Shown here in pieces: positions 19,401 through 28,938 of a stretch of 64,000 nt of DNA. This stretch comes from a bacterium (GTDB taxonomy: Bacteria > UBA8248). The notes beneath the pieces are model-generated. The model was given only the letters and a program-made list of their open reading frames with translations. It was not told the DNA's origin and ran no database searches. Position 1 is the stretch's first letter, and the number at the start of each line of letters is the position of its first letter. The translations under genes and the position numbers were made by a program. The DNA lies in the NCBI GenBank assembly GCA_965219955.1, contig OZ244799.1, positions 1,856,001 to 1,920,000 of the forward strand, written 5' to 3'.

Positions 19401-20584
19401 GGGTCAAACAGCCCGCCGTTATAAGGCGGCAGGCCGATGGAGGCGTCGCCTCCGTCAATCGCGCGGCAAAGATTGTCGAATGCCGACCAGTAGTTGGTGA
19501 AACTCTCTGAGAACGTGTCTCTCGAATCCATGCGCCGCCCGACCTCGTCGCGCACCTTGTTGCGCAGGCCGTAATCGTCATAGCGATCATCGCGGACGGG
19601 AAGCAGGTTGCGGTCCTCGGCATAGAGGATGAACAAAAGGCGGTAGAGGATGACCAGGACGGCCTCGCGGACCTCCGGCAGCGGCGCGTCGGGCGCGGCG
19701 GCAACGATGGCGGCGAGGAGCTGCGGAAAAATCGGAGCCTCTTTCTGCTTGTCTTGCTTCTGTTCGTCTTGGAATATCTGTTCGTAGAGACTGTCCGTTA
19801 CGCGCTCTTCGTAGCGGCGTCCCTCGTCCATGGAGCGTTCGTGAAAGGTGCGCGAATGCTCTTCGGTCGGCAGGAATGCCTCTCGCCGGAACATGAGCGC
19901 GAACACCTTCAGCCAGTGGCGGCGAACGGATTCGGGAAGGGCGAACAAATCGTCGTTATATCCGGGGAGATTCAGGACTCGCGCGAGATCAATTTCAAAA
20001 AATTGCTCCGAAACCGAACGCGCCCCTGCAAAATAAAGCCGCCACTGAGCGCCGTTGGTGAGAATGCCCCAGCGGAGCTTGCCGATTGTCCGATCATCCA
20101 CGCGCCTCAGGTAGCGAAGCATCTGGGTGGATGGTGCCGTTTCTTCGCTCCGGCTTCCCGAAGGGCGATCGAGAGGTCGCTTCCAGCGCTTCGATTCCAC
20201 GATGGCGAGGCCGAACTCGTAGCGTTTCCATTCGGGGAAGCCATTGGCATGGGTCTTCGCTTCTTCGCTTTCGAACATGAGACCATCGGGAACATCCTCC
20301 CGTCCTCGCTCGGAGAGATTTTGCTGGCGAAGACTCGATTTCCATCCGAGATAATCAAGTACGGGCCAAATGATCTCGTCTTCCGTCTGGCTTTCGTTGG
20401 GAGAAGTGCCCAGCGGGAGACTGCCAAAGAATTCCCTAAGCGTATTTTCCAGGGCATCGAGCGAGGCATCATCGAATTCTTTCCACTCATTCAGATCGCC
20501 GATAGCCTCACAAAGAAAATCGCCAGCGAAGAGGCTTCCTGGAAATAGATTCTCTAATCTCAAGGGAGACTCATTCCCGTCCAT
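16487..20584 (-). CDS. Type IIG (Eco57I-like) restriction-modification enzyme: fused endonuclease and N6-adenine methyltransferase
   Basis: N-terminal PD..VESK and GILTNG; YNGGLF; motif I DPAMGSGHFL; motif IV IGNPPW; C-terminal TRD-like region. Confidence 0.9.
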   Translation of the reverse strand: MDGNESPLRLENLFPGSLFAGDFLCEAIGDLNEWKEFDDASLDALENTLREFFGSLPLGTSPNESQTEDEIIWPVLDYLGWKSSLRQQNLSERGREDVPDGLMFESEEAKTHANGFPEWKRYEFGLAIVESKRWKRPLDRPSGSRSEETAPSTQMLRYLRRVDDRTIGKLRWGILTNGAQWRLYFAGARSVSEQFFEIDLARVLNLPGYNDDLFALPESVRRHWLKVFALMFRREAFLPTEEHSRTFHERSMDEGRRYEERVTDSLYEQIFQDEQKQDKQKEAPIFPQLLAAIVAAAPDAPLPEVREAVLVILYRLLFILYAEDRNLLPVRDDRYDDYGLRNKVRDEVGRRMDSRDTFSESFTNYWSAFDNLCRAIDGGDASIGLPPYNGGLFDPERTPLLDRIRLSDQIMANVIDALSFEKTPQGRRYINYRDLGVQQLGSIYERLLEQEPVFVESDIEVRLSPFARKGSGSYYTPDDLVGLIIEETVEPLIRIRKDAFGAFVSDSSPDMRMEELERLDPAEKILELKICDPAMGSGHFLVNLVDYLADRVIEAMADAEAEVEGYASPLNERIAGIRKTILARAGKDDWRIDPAQLDDRNIIRRMVLKRCVYGVDKSPMAVELAKVALWLHTFTVGAPLSFLDHHLRCGDSLFGSWVRAGIDKAGTEASLFLHEPIRRATAAASPMQEVESLTDAEIAEAHESAERFTEVGESTKPLDAFLSLLDALEWLNPRSKEDKAALRFYYLGQFGDPVEIALRNIEVPKSNSESVRFSGLLEKALLLIDEERFLHWQVAFPGVWSEWESTEREGGFDAVIGNPPWDRVKLQQVEWFAARRPEIARAARASDRKRMIANLVEEEDPLARDFAEAGERAMTAARMARSCGDYPLLSRGDVNLYSLFVERAMSLVKPEGMIGLLTPSGIASDKTAARFFKGVATEGRLKALYDFENKKIFFPDVHASFKFCVFVASPSQIKESAKCAFYLHNVSELKTTDSKRCFSLSAEDFASVNPNTGTAPIFRTERDAELTTAIYDRLPVLVDRSSGEEAKAWPVKYSTMFHMTNDSNLFRTREELEENEGAWAIGGNLYQSDAGDWVPLYEGKMVQAFDHRAAQVVVNPENRHRPAQPQPATLTQHKDPNWLPAPQYWIPASECSWPSEQNWILGFKEITAPTNIRTLIAALFPAVAFGNKVPILKPETAERDEWLLAANLNATILDFVTRQKVQGQTLNLFIVEQLPVVPPETYEIVRFGTKTAGEIVCDAVLELTYTAHDMAPFARDMGHVDEEGDVRPPFVWDEERRLHLRAKLDAVFFHLYGVTDRDDVRYIYSTFPIVEREETKAYGDYRSRDLCLSFMNSLAAGVTDVQFSS

Positions 20585-20696
20585 ATCGTTGCAACCTCTC
20601 ATAAAGCTCATAGCACGTCATGCCGAAAGGTATATCCTATGCGACGCGCGGTTCACAATCTCCACATCGTTCTGGGGTTAAAGTCAAATCTGGGGT

Positions 20697-21258
20697 AGAG
20701 ACTGTATTCAAGAAAGCGGTGTATTCCTGAAGAAATAGTTTTTCATAGGCCCCTTCATTCAGTACACAGGAGATGCGCCAACATGATAGAAGATACGACG
20801 ATTACCTTTACTAACCCAGCCTTTAGGGACGAACTGAGGAAACTGGCGCGTGAGGACGCGCAAAGCATTATCCGGCAGGTTGTGGAAGCGGTTTCGGGGC
20901 CTTTCTGGAAGACCACGCGAGCAAGCGTGACGCGCGGGGTCTTCGCGGGAAAATTTGACGAAATCTGCGCATTGCAGGTTCGGGTTCCCTGGAGGCGCGA
21001 CAGGAACTGCGCGAGGATGGGGTGGACACGCCCCTCCAAAAATACTGCGGTGAAAAGCCAGTGCACAAGTTTATGTCCGCCGTTATTATCCGGGCTGCCG
21101 GGCGATGGCGTGCGCTCAAGGTCACCAGCTTCGAGAGATGCCGGATGGATGTTCTGAAACCGGAACTGGATCATGATTAAGAAGCAGAAAACAACCTCAG
21201 GCAGCTCTCAGCTAACGTGCGCAAAAAAGAAATTTTCCAGCATTTACAAGACATGACC
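20697..21258 (+). mobile_element. Internally deleted or chimeric IS256-family remnant
   Basis: 5' part MIEDTTITFTNPAFRDEL..IIRQVVEA..LQVRVP. 3' part EKPVHKFMSAVIIRAAGRWRALKVTSFER resembles the C-terminus of the IS at 44602, and the end TTTCCAGCATTTACAAGACATGACC resembles that element's IR. Confidence 0.7.
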
Positions 21259-21336
21259 CTTGTCCGCAATCGAATTTCTTCTCTGGTGTTAAGTATGGGG
21301 TTGAGTATTTCGCTTGACGAGGGCTAAAATTTGTTT

Positions 21337-21600
21337 ATGCAACAGCTAGCCGTCAAACGCATGTACAAGTTTAAGGTGCTACTCATCAAGCGTGCCGTCC
21401 AGACTCTCGAATCGGCCATAGAGACCTTCATCACTTGTGGTGATTGGTTCGTTAGCTTCGATGTTTTTGTAAACCCCTCAGGTGCACGACCTTCGTCGTC
21501 AACTACTGCGTCGCCAACAAGCGCATCACACATTTTCGATTCGGGCACTTTGCGTCCGACCAAACGCGACGTCGAGGCACAGTTCAACAGAGTCACTAAG
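21337..21600 (+). pseudogene. Degraded integrase N-terminal arm-binding domain
   Basis: KVLLIKRAVQTLE..TFI..FDVFVNPSGAR/TFVVNY, frameshifted; parallels the N-terminus of integrase 2. Confidence 0.5.
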
Positions 21601-21968
21601 AAACAAGACTGTGCGACCACGAACCCGGCAGTCTTCATATTATCCGCGATCAACCATCGCTCTTGCATCGGCCATGAGGAGTTGACAACTCAGTCGGTCT
21701 CTAGGTTACCGGGGCGAGAACGATACTACTGCGGGCGAAGAGCAGCTGTTCCCCGCCGCCAAAAGTTGAAATGGCCATTTGTTGGGCATTTACCACTACC
21801 ATGCCGATATCACCAAGGAGACGGGAACGCGGCTCTGGTTCCACGGGCTGCGCAACGTCTTAATTACAGTAGCCGAGTAAGAGGTCGAGGCCGCCGAACG
21901 ATTTGCATTCCAATCAATCTCGTTTCTCCTATCCGACATGCCCCTGTAATGAAACTTGGAGACAAATC

Positions 21969-23708
21969 GTGAACGTAAGTGACACTGAAATTAGGCAAAG
22001 ATTGCATTTGCGCGAGGACAGCACTTGGGAGTTCAAACAGGTGGAGTTCAAAGGGGATCGCCCGACGAGTCCCCGGCGGGATGAACTTGCGGATGAGATG
22101 GCCGCCTTCGCGAATGCGGGAGGCGGCGTACTGCTTTGCGGTGTGACTAATGATGGCCAGATTCAGGGAATGTCTTCAGAGCAGATCGTGGCGATAGATC
22201 ACTTATTGGTTGAGGTGTCCACGGATATCGTAAGGCCTGCATTGCGCATCGACGTTCATCATCGGGAACTTGACGGAAAGGCATTTGTGCTAGTTGAAAT
22301 ACCGCGGGGCGACACTATTCACGAACGAGACGGACGCGCGTTCATCCGTGTTGGCGCGACTAAGCGGCGTCTAGACGGCGATGAACGCCTGAGGTTGGCG
22401 CAGAATCGTGCACAGAGCCGTTACTTATGGTTCGACAAGCAGATTGTGCCCAATACGGGCTTCGAGACGCTCAACGAGCGGCTATGGGAACCGCTCCTCA
22501 GCGTAGCTGGAGCGGATGACCCACGCAGGGGGCTGATTAACCTTCGCCTGCTAGCCCAGGATGAAGCCGGTGTAGCCCGCGCGACAGTCGCAGGTCTATT
22601 GCTTTGTGCTCAGTCGCCGCAGGAATGGTTGCCGCAAGCCACGATTGTGGCAACCCACTATCGCGGAAAAGGTCGCGCCTCCGGTCAATTGGACGCACAG
22701 GAAATCGTTGGCCCGCTTCCCACTCAGATTGCCGACGCTGTGAAATTCATAGTCCGCAACATGCGCGTCGCGGCGCGCAAGTTGCCAGAGCGGGAAGAAG
22801 TGCCACAGTACAGCATTGCAGCTGTGTTTGAAGCAGTGGTCAATGCTGTCGCGCACCGCGACTACTCCATATCGTCAAGGCGGATTAGGTTATCGATGTT
22901 TAAGGAGCGTCTTGAGATCGACTCGCCTGGTCAGCTTCCCAATGGGATGACCATCGAAAGCATGGACACTAGCCAAGCAACGCGCAACGAAGTGATCGCT
23001 TCCGTGTTCGGACGAATTCCCGTCGGCGATGTTCCAGGAGCGAACCATCGTCGGTACTTGATGGAACGTCGAGGGGATGGTGTGTCGATTATCAAGACGG
23101 AGACCCACGAAGCCACCGGCAACATGCCGCAATACAAAGTCGTTGACGAATCCAGCCTCGTGTTGAGCATTCCCGCTGCAAAGCTCGAATTGAGTCCCGC
23201 CGACTCCACGGTAACGGTGCACTCGGAGGGAGAGCCTCTGTCGGGAGTTGAGATTTTGGCGCTCTTTCCAAACAAAACTTGGCAACGAGCAACGACAGAT
23301 GTAGCTGGCGAAGCAGCACTCGATCTATACACAACGAATCTTCCGATGACCGTTTATGCTGCAACGCCGGGCTACACTGGAGGGCTAAAACGGGAGTGGT
23401 TACCGAGTCGAGGTGGTCTGCTGTTGGAACTCGAACGCCTTCCGGATGGAGGTGCTGTCATATTTCCTGAGGAGACCGGATATCTCCCTGGCCTACGCGG
23501 GCGGCTCAATCCTATACGTGACACATCTGATAGAACTTATCTGTATGCGGACAATATCGCCATAGAGGAGGGTCGGCAACAACCAGTGCATTTTCGGCTG
23601 GGCAAGCCGATGAAGCTTACAGACTCGTTTGGCTCCGAATTGTCCGTGGCCATCATTGACATTATCGGACGTTCTGTATTGGTGGAATATCGTTCATTGA
23701 AACTGTGA
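21969..23708 (+). CDS. AlbA_2 (Schlafen-like) domain plus ATP-binding (HATPase_c_4-like) protein with extra C-terminal domains
   Basis: EDSTWEFK..AAFANAGGGVLLCGV; EAVVNAVAHRDY..LEIDSPG..RNEVI..MERRGDGV. Confidence 0.8.
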   Translation: MNVSDTEIRQRLHLREDSTWEFKQVEFKGDRPTSPRRDELADEMAAFANAGGGVLLCGVTNDGQIQGMSSEQIVAIDHLLVEVSTDIVRPALRIDVHHRELDGKAFVLVEIPRGDTIHERDGRAFIRVGATKRRLDGDERLRLAQNRAQSRYLWFDKQIVPNTGFETLNERLWEPLLSVAGADDPRRGLINLRLLAQDEAGVARATVAGLLLCAQSPQEWLPQATIVATHYRGKGRASGQLDAQEIVGPLPTQIADAVKFIVRNMRVAARKLPEREEVPQYSIAAVFEAVVNAVAHRDYSISSRRIRLSMFKERLEIDSPGQLPNGMTIESMDTSQATRNEVIASVFGRIPVGDVPGANHRRYLMERRGDGVSIIKTETHEATGNMPQYKVVDESSLVLSIPAAKLELSPADSTVTVHSEGEPLSGVEILALFPNKTWQRATTDVAGEAALDLYTTNLPMTVYAATPGYTGGLKREWLPSRGGLLLELERLPDGGAVIFPEETGYLPGLRGRLNPIRDTSDRTYLYADNIAIEEGRQQPVHFRLGKPMKLTDSFGSELSVAIIDIIGRSVLVEYRSLKL

Positions 23709-23875
23709 AGGGCTGACAGTATCTACAAGGTGTCTCAATACTTCTTTAACAGGGGAGGAATTAACACTTCCGAGAAACCATTCCGACCTCACTGAAAACT
23801 GATCCGGATGTGCACAGTCCTCTTGAGGTAACATAAAGTGCTAACGGAGGGTTCTTGGCCAAAAACTACAACTGC

Positions 23876-24652
23876 ATGAAACACGAAGAGAAAACAGTTC
23901 TACAACTTGGAGCAGTGCAGTTGATGACACCCCGTTTCGCCGACTATGAACACAAGTTGCGGTCTTTACCTGCCGACCCCACTGCATATGAAGTTACCGG
24001 AGACGACTTCCTTCTGGCTCACGAGGGTGATTTGGAAGTGTTCTACGCTCCGATGCACGGCTTCACCCTAGACGCGCAAATCGTCATCATTGGTCTGACG
24101 CCCGGAAGGTCTCAGATGGTCGCCGCTTTCCGGGAAATCCGTAAACTGCTTCACGAAGGCTCACGCCCTCCGCAACTGTTCCGTGAGGTCAGACGCCGGA
24201 TAGCCTTCGGAGGCGCCATGCGCACCAACCTGGTCCAGATGCTCGACCAGATCGGTGTTGCCGATCGTCTGGGATTGGACACCTGTGCCGATCTGTTCGG
24301 CAGTGCGTCGCACTTACTTCATTCTACGTCCGCGCTGCGCTACCCCGTTTTTTTCAAGGGAAACAACTATCGAGGCTCACCAAAAATCAGGAGTTCGAAG
24401 TTGCTCTCATATATCGTCAAGACCAATCTTCCACATGAACTGCAACGATTTCCGAACGCCCTGTTAGTTCCCCTCGGCAGGGCCGTAGAAGAAGGGCTGA
24501 ATGTCGCCGGCATCGGCGAGCCGTTGAGAATCCTCAAGGGTTTCCCGCACCCTTCGGGCGCCAACGGACATCGAGTCAAACAGTTTCAATCCGAGTTTCG
24601 AAGGCTCCGAAGCGCCGTGCGCAAATGGACACCATTGGAGACAGTCTCTTGA
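23876..24652 (+). CDS. Uracil-DNA glycosylase-like superfamily protein
   Basis: IVIIGLTPG motif, LVPLG, FPHPSGAN motif. Confidence 0.65.
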   Translation: MKHEEKTVLQLGAVQLMTPRFADYEHKLRSLPADPTAYEVTGDDFLLAHEGDLEVFYAPMHGFTLDAQIVIIGLTPGRSQMVAAFREIRKLLHEGSRPPQLFREVRRRIAFGGAMRTNLVQMLDQIGVADRLGLDTCADLFGSASHLLHSTSALRYPVFFKGNNYRGSPKIRSSKLLSYIVKTNLPHELQRFPNALLVPLGRAVEEGLNVAGIGEPLRILKGFPHPSGANGHRVKQFQSEFRRLRSAVRKWTPLETVS

Positions 24653-24774
24653 CGAGGGTGCGCGCCAGTTGCTTATTGCATGGATGGCCATATCCCGGTG
24701 GAAAGACCCGTACTGCATATCCGTCGTTTGCCTGTGCGCTGCTGCCGACATCGACGACGCACAACCACCCTGCA

Positions 24775-25131
24775 AGTTTCGAAGACCGTCCGGCTTACAG
24801 GGCCGCTTGGCGAGACCGCACGGGCCCACATCACGGCACCCGCAATTCAGATGGGTTCCTGTTCCCGAACTTCGCGCATGGAGATGGCTACGGTCCTCTA
24901 CGTGAGTGTTAGCGTGCCGTCTGTCCAGACGCGTGGCTTGGGACACTTCGCCGGGGCGACCTTCGGCACACGGCAGCCAGCCAAGCCGTCATGTCTGGCG
25001 GAATTCTCCCGCTGGTTGACAAGCTGCCCGGGCAAAGGCGGCACCGCGCTACGGCGGGCTGCACCCACGCTCTTGGCGCGCACTCGGTCGAGGCAGTCTA
25101 GAAGATGGGCAAAATTATCGCGGAGGTGATG
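24775..25131 (+). pseudogene. Degraded tyrosine recombinase C-terminal part
   Basis: SKT..PLGETARAHI / GFLFP..C*RAVC..LRRGDLRHTAASQAVMSG..LPLVDKLPGQRRHRATAG..KMGKIIAEVM. Confidence 0.75.
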
Positions 25132-25148
25132 ACGACATGAAGCTCCCA

Positions 25149-25970
25149 CTACTTCGCCACTTTCGACTCACTGCCGGAATCGGCATTCAGAGACGGGAAG
25201 TCCGCCATCGAAATCTTCGCCAAGCATCCGTTCGGGTGATGCTCCCGTTCCGCCACCCTGCGGATAAGTGCCCTCACCGCTTGATTCAGAAAACACCGTT
25301 CCCGCGAACTGAAATCTTGTCCAAGACCACCGGCCTTTCTCGCCTCAGGTCCACCCTTATTCGCCGTCAAATTTGCAATCTTGTCGAGGACGCACTTGTC
25401 TACATGGTACATCTTGGCAGCGGCGGGACGACGCCTTCTTTTTTTCTGCTCTCCGGTCGAATTTTCGAGGACAGTTAGGCAAAAGTTTGCCATTGAGCCG
25501 AGTGGTTCGCGGCCCTTACGATGACCGAGGTAACGCTGATGCATGGTTTCAGCATCCGGATTGGGGATTATGTCCGACGGTGGCGCAGGATACTCCGGCG
25601 GCGAGACAGTAATCTGCGCGGATTCAGTAACAAGAAGCCATTCCACACTGCGAACGCTCACGCATCCGGGCGTTGGACTTCGGTCGATGATTTCTGATGC
25701 TTGGCGGTCAAGCACCAGACTAAAACTATCAGGGCCTCTGACAAGTTGCGCATCAAACTCCCACGCGCGCTTGTATATGGCAATCGCCTTCTCTGCTTCC
25801 TCGAATGACGAAAAGTGATCCTTCATTTCGAACCGCGCCTCGCCGTTCATCACCGATAGTCGAAATCCTGGCTCGTCGCGATCAAGGGATTCCGCGTTGC
25901 TGTAGTCAATGGACTCATTGTGTTCAATTCGATAGACCAGCGAGACTACATGCGGATCATTCATCATCAA
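25149..25970 (-). CDS. Hypothetical protein (273 aa)
   Basis: Globular-looking composition, GAGG RBS upstream; no family recognised. Confidence 0.6.
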   Translation of the reverse strand: MMMNDPHVVSLVYRIEHNESIDYSNAESLDRDEPGFRLSVMNGEARFEMKDHFSSFEEAEKAIAIYKRAWEFDAQLVRGPDSFSLVLDRQASEIIDRSPTPGCVSVRSVEWLLVTESAQITVSPPEYPAPPSDIIPNPDAETMHQRYLGHRKGREPLGSMANFCLTVLENSTGEQKKRRRRPAAAKMYHVDKCVLDKIANLTANKGGPEARKAGGLGQDFSSRERCFLNQAVRALIRRVAEREHHPNGCLAKISMADFPSLNADSGSESKVAK

Positions 25971-26695
25971 CCCTCGTCAACTCGCTTCGGTGGTGGTTGG
26001 TAGGCTGCCAGACTACCGGGGATGCCTTTTCCTCGGCCGCGCCTTTGCTACAGCCTCCAGTGGCGAGCGCATGTTCTCATACAGCACGAAAAGGTGCTCG
26101 ACACGCTCGCGCTCGGAAGCCAAACCGTCAATTTCCGTCTACATTCTGCACCATTGGCCTGATATGCGCGAGAGTATAAAGATCGTCAATTTTCCGAATC
26201 ATGCCAACCACTACCTATCAATCTTCGGCCGGGTTTCAGCATTCATGGTCTCGCCTTCGTTGAATCGTCAGTATAGTCCGGCCATCTGCCTTGCTCAGGA
26301 TTGCGTCGCCGGATGCACTCCACCAGCGGATGTCAGTTAGCACCGATTTTAAACGGGAATCAATGTTGCCTTCGGTGCCGAGCACCCGCGCCAGATGGCC
26401 GAGCGCCAATCCGTATACGCATCCGAGACAGCGCAGCCATATGACGAACCGCAGGTAGCTTTTCCGGTGCCTCGGCATCACGGGTCCGCTCCGGGTGCGC
26501 GAGGAGTTGATTTCGGAGAGGATTTCCTCACCTGCAGCGGGTGGTTCTCCCCCGACGACATCAAGCAGAACGGTGGTGAGCGGCCCATCCCAGACGGCTA
26601 CCGGGCAGCCTCCCGCGAGCACGGTGGGCGTGCCGCAGAAAAAGCCGGATGTGGACGCGGTCGGCGCGCCGGGAAGAGGTCGTTGAATAAGCCCT

Positions 26696-26950
26696 GGGAC
26701 TGCCGGGTCTGCGCATTCACGACTTGCGCCACACCTGGGTGTCGCAGGGCGTAATGAACGGGGTAGGACTCACCACCGTCGGGCGGCTGCTCGGGCACCG
26801 GAGACGTGAGACCACGGCCGTCTACGCCCATCTCGACGACTAAGCGCTCAGGGACGCCGCCTCGCAGGTGGCCTCCGTCATCGCCCGTGCGATGGGGTTT
26901 AGTACGTGCGCGCCCCTTTTGCCAGATGGAGGGGAATCCGATTGGCTGGG
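26696..26950 (+). pseudogene. 3' fragment of integrase 2 (direct repeat of ~15195-15470)
   Basis: Near-identical nucleotide run GGGACTGCCGGGTCTGCGCATTCACGA...GCCTCCGTCATCGCCC; GAA replaced by a TAA stop after YAHLDD. Confidence 0.9.
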
Positions 26951-27186
26951 TGGTGGCGAAGGGTCAGTCCCGTCGCCCGGTTCGCATTCGTCCGCCACGA
27001 GTGAGGGGGATATCGAAGCGGGAGAAGCTGCCCGAAATCAGGACGTCGACTGGCTGGTCGGAGAGACTACAGAGCCGATTCGCCAGTCAAGGACACGGGC
27101 GAGTCTTCCAAGGGGTTCGGATTGGTGTGGATTTAGCAGAATGTAATTTAATTCGGGGTGAATCCGGAACCCGGGTCGGCGTATCT

Positions 27187-28074
27187 TCATGCTCTGACGT
27201 CATTCGGCCCACCCGCTTCACGAGCGGCCGCGGCAGGCGGCATCAGAAAATCCTCGAGCACCTTCACAACGCCGTCGAGCGGCCCGGGGTCGAGCCCCAA
27301 ATCACGCTTGAAGGCCTCCCATTGTCGTCGTCTTACGACGTCCTCCGCGAACATCCGCGACAACCCGTCCGGAACTGCATCCGGTATCGGTGTGCGCCGC
27401 CGGGCGAAAGTAGCCGATATCGCGCCTGCGAGACGCGTCCGATCAATATCAAAGGTCCGGCTGATGACCCACAAGTCGTAATAGTCCTTCATCCGGCTGT
27501 TGGCCATGCCCAGGGCCACCATGGCCTGGAATTTCTCTGCGACCACGGTCTCGCGCGCGTAACCCAGCAACCTCGGCGCCGGCATATCGAGCAGAACGGG
27601 ATAGTCGAGCCACTCGGCAGGAGGTTCGGTCGCTTCCCCGAAGCCGACGTCGACGTTCACGACAACGCGGGCGCCATCAACATCGGCCGGCGCCCGTACC
27701 CGGAGACCGCCGTACTCGTTCTCTTCTCGAATGCGGCCGATACTCGTCTCATCGGCGCCAAAGAGAACGCCGTCGGGCTGCTTCTGAGAGAGAACCTCTC
27801 TGAAGACTCCGAGGACGGTATAAGGTGCGGGGTTGCCGTGACCCAGGAGATCGAGATCGCGCGTACTGCGAAGCGGCTCGTCGAACCACGTCATCAGCAG
27901 CATCGCCCCTTTCAGAACGAAACGCTCGGCATGGCGGGATAGCGCGAGGCGGTAGAGCAAGCGCTCGATCGCATAGCGCGTCAGCACCAGATCGAAGTTC
28001 AGGCCTTTTTCCTTGCTCAGCCTGAGGAGACGGGCCCGAACGGAGGCGCCGACGTTCTTGACCTCCCTAGCCAT
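27187..28074 (-). CDS. abiEii: AbiEii-family nucleotidyltransferase toxin (type IV TA / abortive infection)
   Basis: ASVRARL, FVLKGAML, RSTRDLDL, AEKFQA, NSRMKDYYD. Confidence 0.9.
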   Translation of the reverse strand: MAREVKNVGASVRARLLRLSKEKGLNFDLVLTRYAIERLLYRLALSRHAERFVLKGAMLLMTWFDEPLRSTRDLDLLGHGNPAPYTVLGVFREVLSQKQPDGVLFGADETSIGRIREENEYGGLRVRAPADVDGARVVVNVDVGFGEATEPPAEWLDYPVLLDMPAPRLLGYARETVVAEKFQAMVALGMANSRMKDYYDLWVISRTFDIDRTRLAGAISATFARRRTPIPDAVPDGLSRMFAEDVVRRRQWEAFKRDLGLDPGPLDGVVKVLEDFLMPPAAAAREAGGPNDVRA

Positions 28075-28684
28075 TTGCGGTGAGCGCCTCGAGATGGGGC
28101 CGGATCACCGTGGCCACGCCGCCACGCGCCGCATGGCGGGCGATCTCGGCCGGGGTGGCTTTCCTCTGTCGAATCGCCTCCTGCAGACCCTCGAGTGCGA
28201 CCGACTGGCCGACCGTCCGTCGATGCCGGTAACAGTCGGCGATAGTCTTCGCGACGCCGAAGATTTTAACGGGCACTTTCTCGATATGCACGGTGGCGAC
28301 ATCGTCCGCGAGAAGCGGGTTCGTGAACCGCACGATCCGCATCGGCGGGCTTTCCTCCTTTGGAGCCCAGTCCTTTGCGCCGATCGCCATCCAGACCGCG
28401 TTTGGAATCTGATCGGTCAGACCGTGGTATGCAAGCGCGGAGACGAGGCAGACGACGCCCCTGGGAACCCGCTTCGCCGCCTCGGCGAGGCTGTGATGGG
28501 CGTCGAGGGGCGCACCGGGCATCTGATAGAGCCCGCGTGAGAGTCGTACGACCTCGCCGTCCTCGACCATGCGGCTGATCGTGGCCGCGGTGATGCCGGC
28601 ATCCTTGAACTCGCAGAGGCGCACGATCCCCTCCCTGTGCAAGACTTCGGTCGCCCGGTCGCGTTGTGTCCTTGATTTCGACAT
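28067..28684 (-). CDS. abiEi: AbiEi-family antitoxin/transcriptional regulator
   Basis: wHTH with VVRLSRGLY, CLVSALAYHGLTDQIP, KTIADC; overlaps the toxin gene start. Confidence 0.88.
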   Translation of the reverse strand: MSKSRTQRDRATEVLHREGIVRLCEFKDAGITAATISRMVEDGEVVRLSRGLYQMPGAPLDAHHSLAEAAKRVPRGVVCLVSALAYHGLTDQIPNAVWMAIGAKDWAPKEESPPMRIVRFTNPLLADDVATVHIEKVPVKIFGVAKTIADCYRHRRTVGQSVALEGLQEAIRQRKATPAEIARHAARGGVATVIRPHLEALTANG

Positions 28685-28938
28685 TGATAGAATTCCACAT
28701 AAACGAGAAGCTGACATCCGATCTTTTCTATCAAAAAAACCTGCCTGCGTAAATCATTTTCTAACCGGGCCGATCGAATCACAGTACAGGACCCATCTTT
28801 ATAACCGAAAAGTGGAACCGGGATGGCGCATCACACGTGGGAGGATCCCATATGTCCATATCGGTTGATCATATCCGGATCCAGAAAGCGGCTTCCCCGC
28901 TCAGGAAGGCCGCAATGCCGCCATGAATTGTACTGCTG

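Noticed and set aside
26340-26690. Serine recombinase fragment (REELISERI)
   Set aside because: Single short motif with no supporting context.
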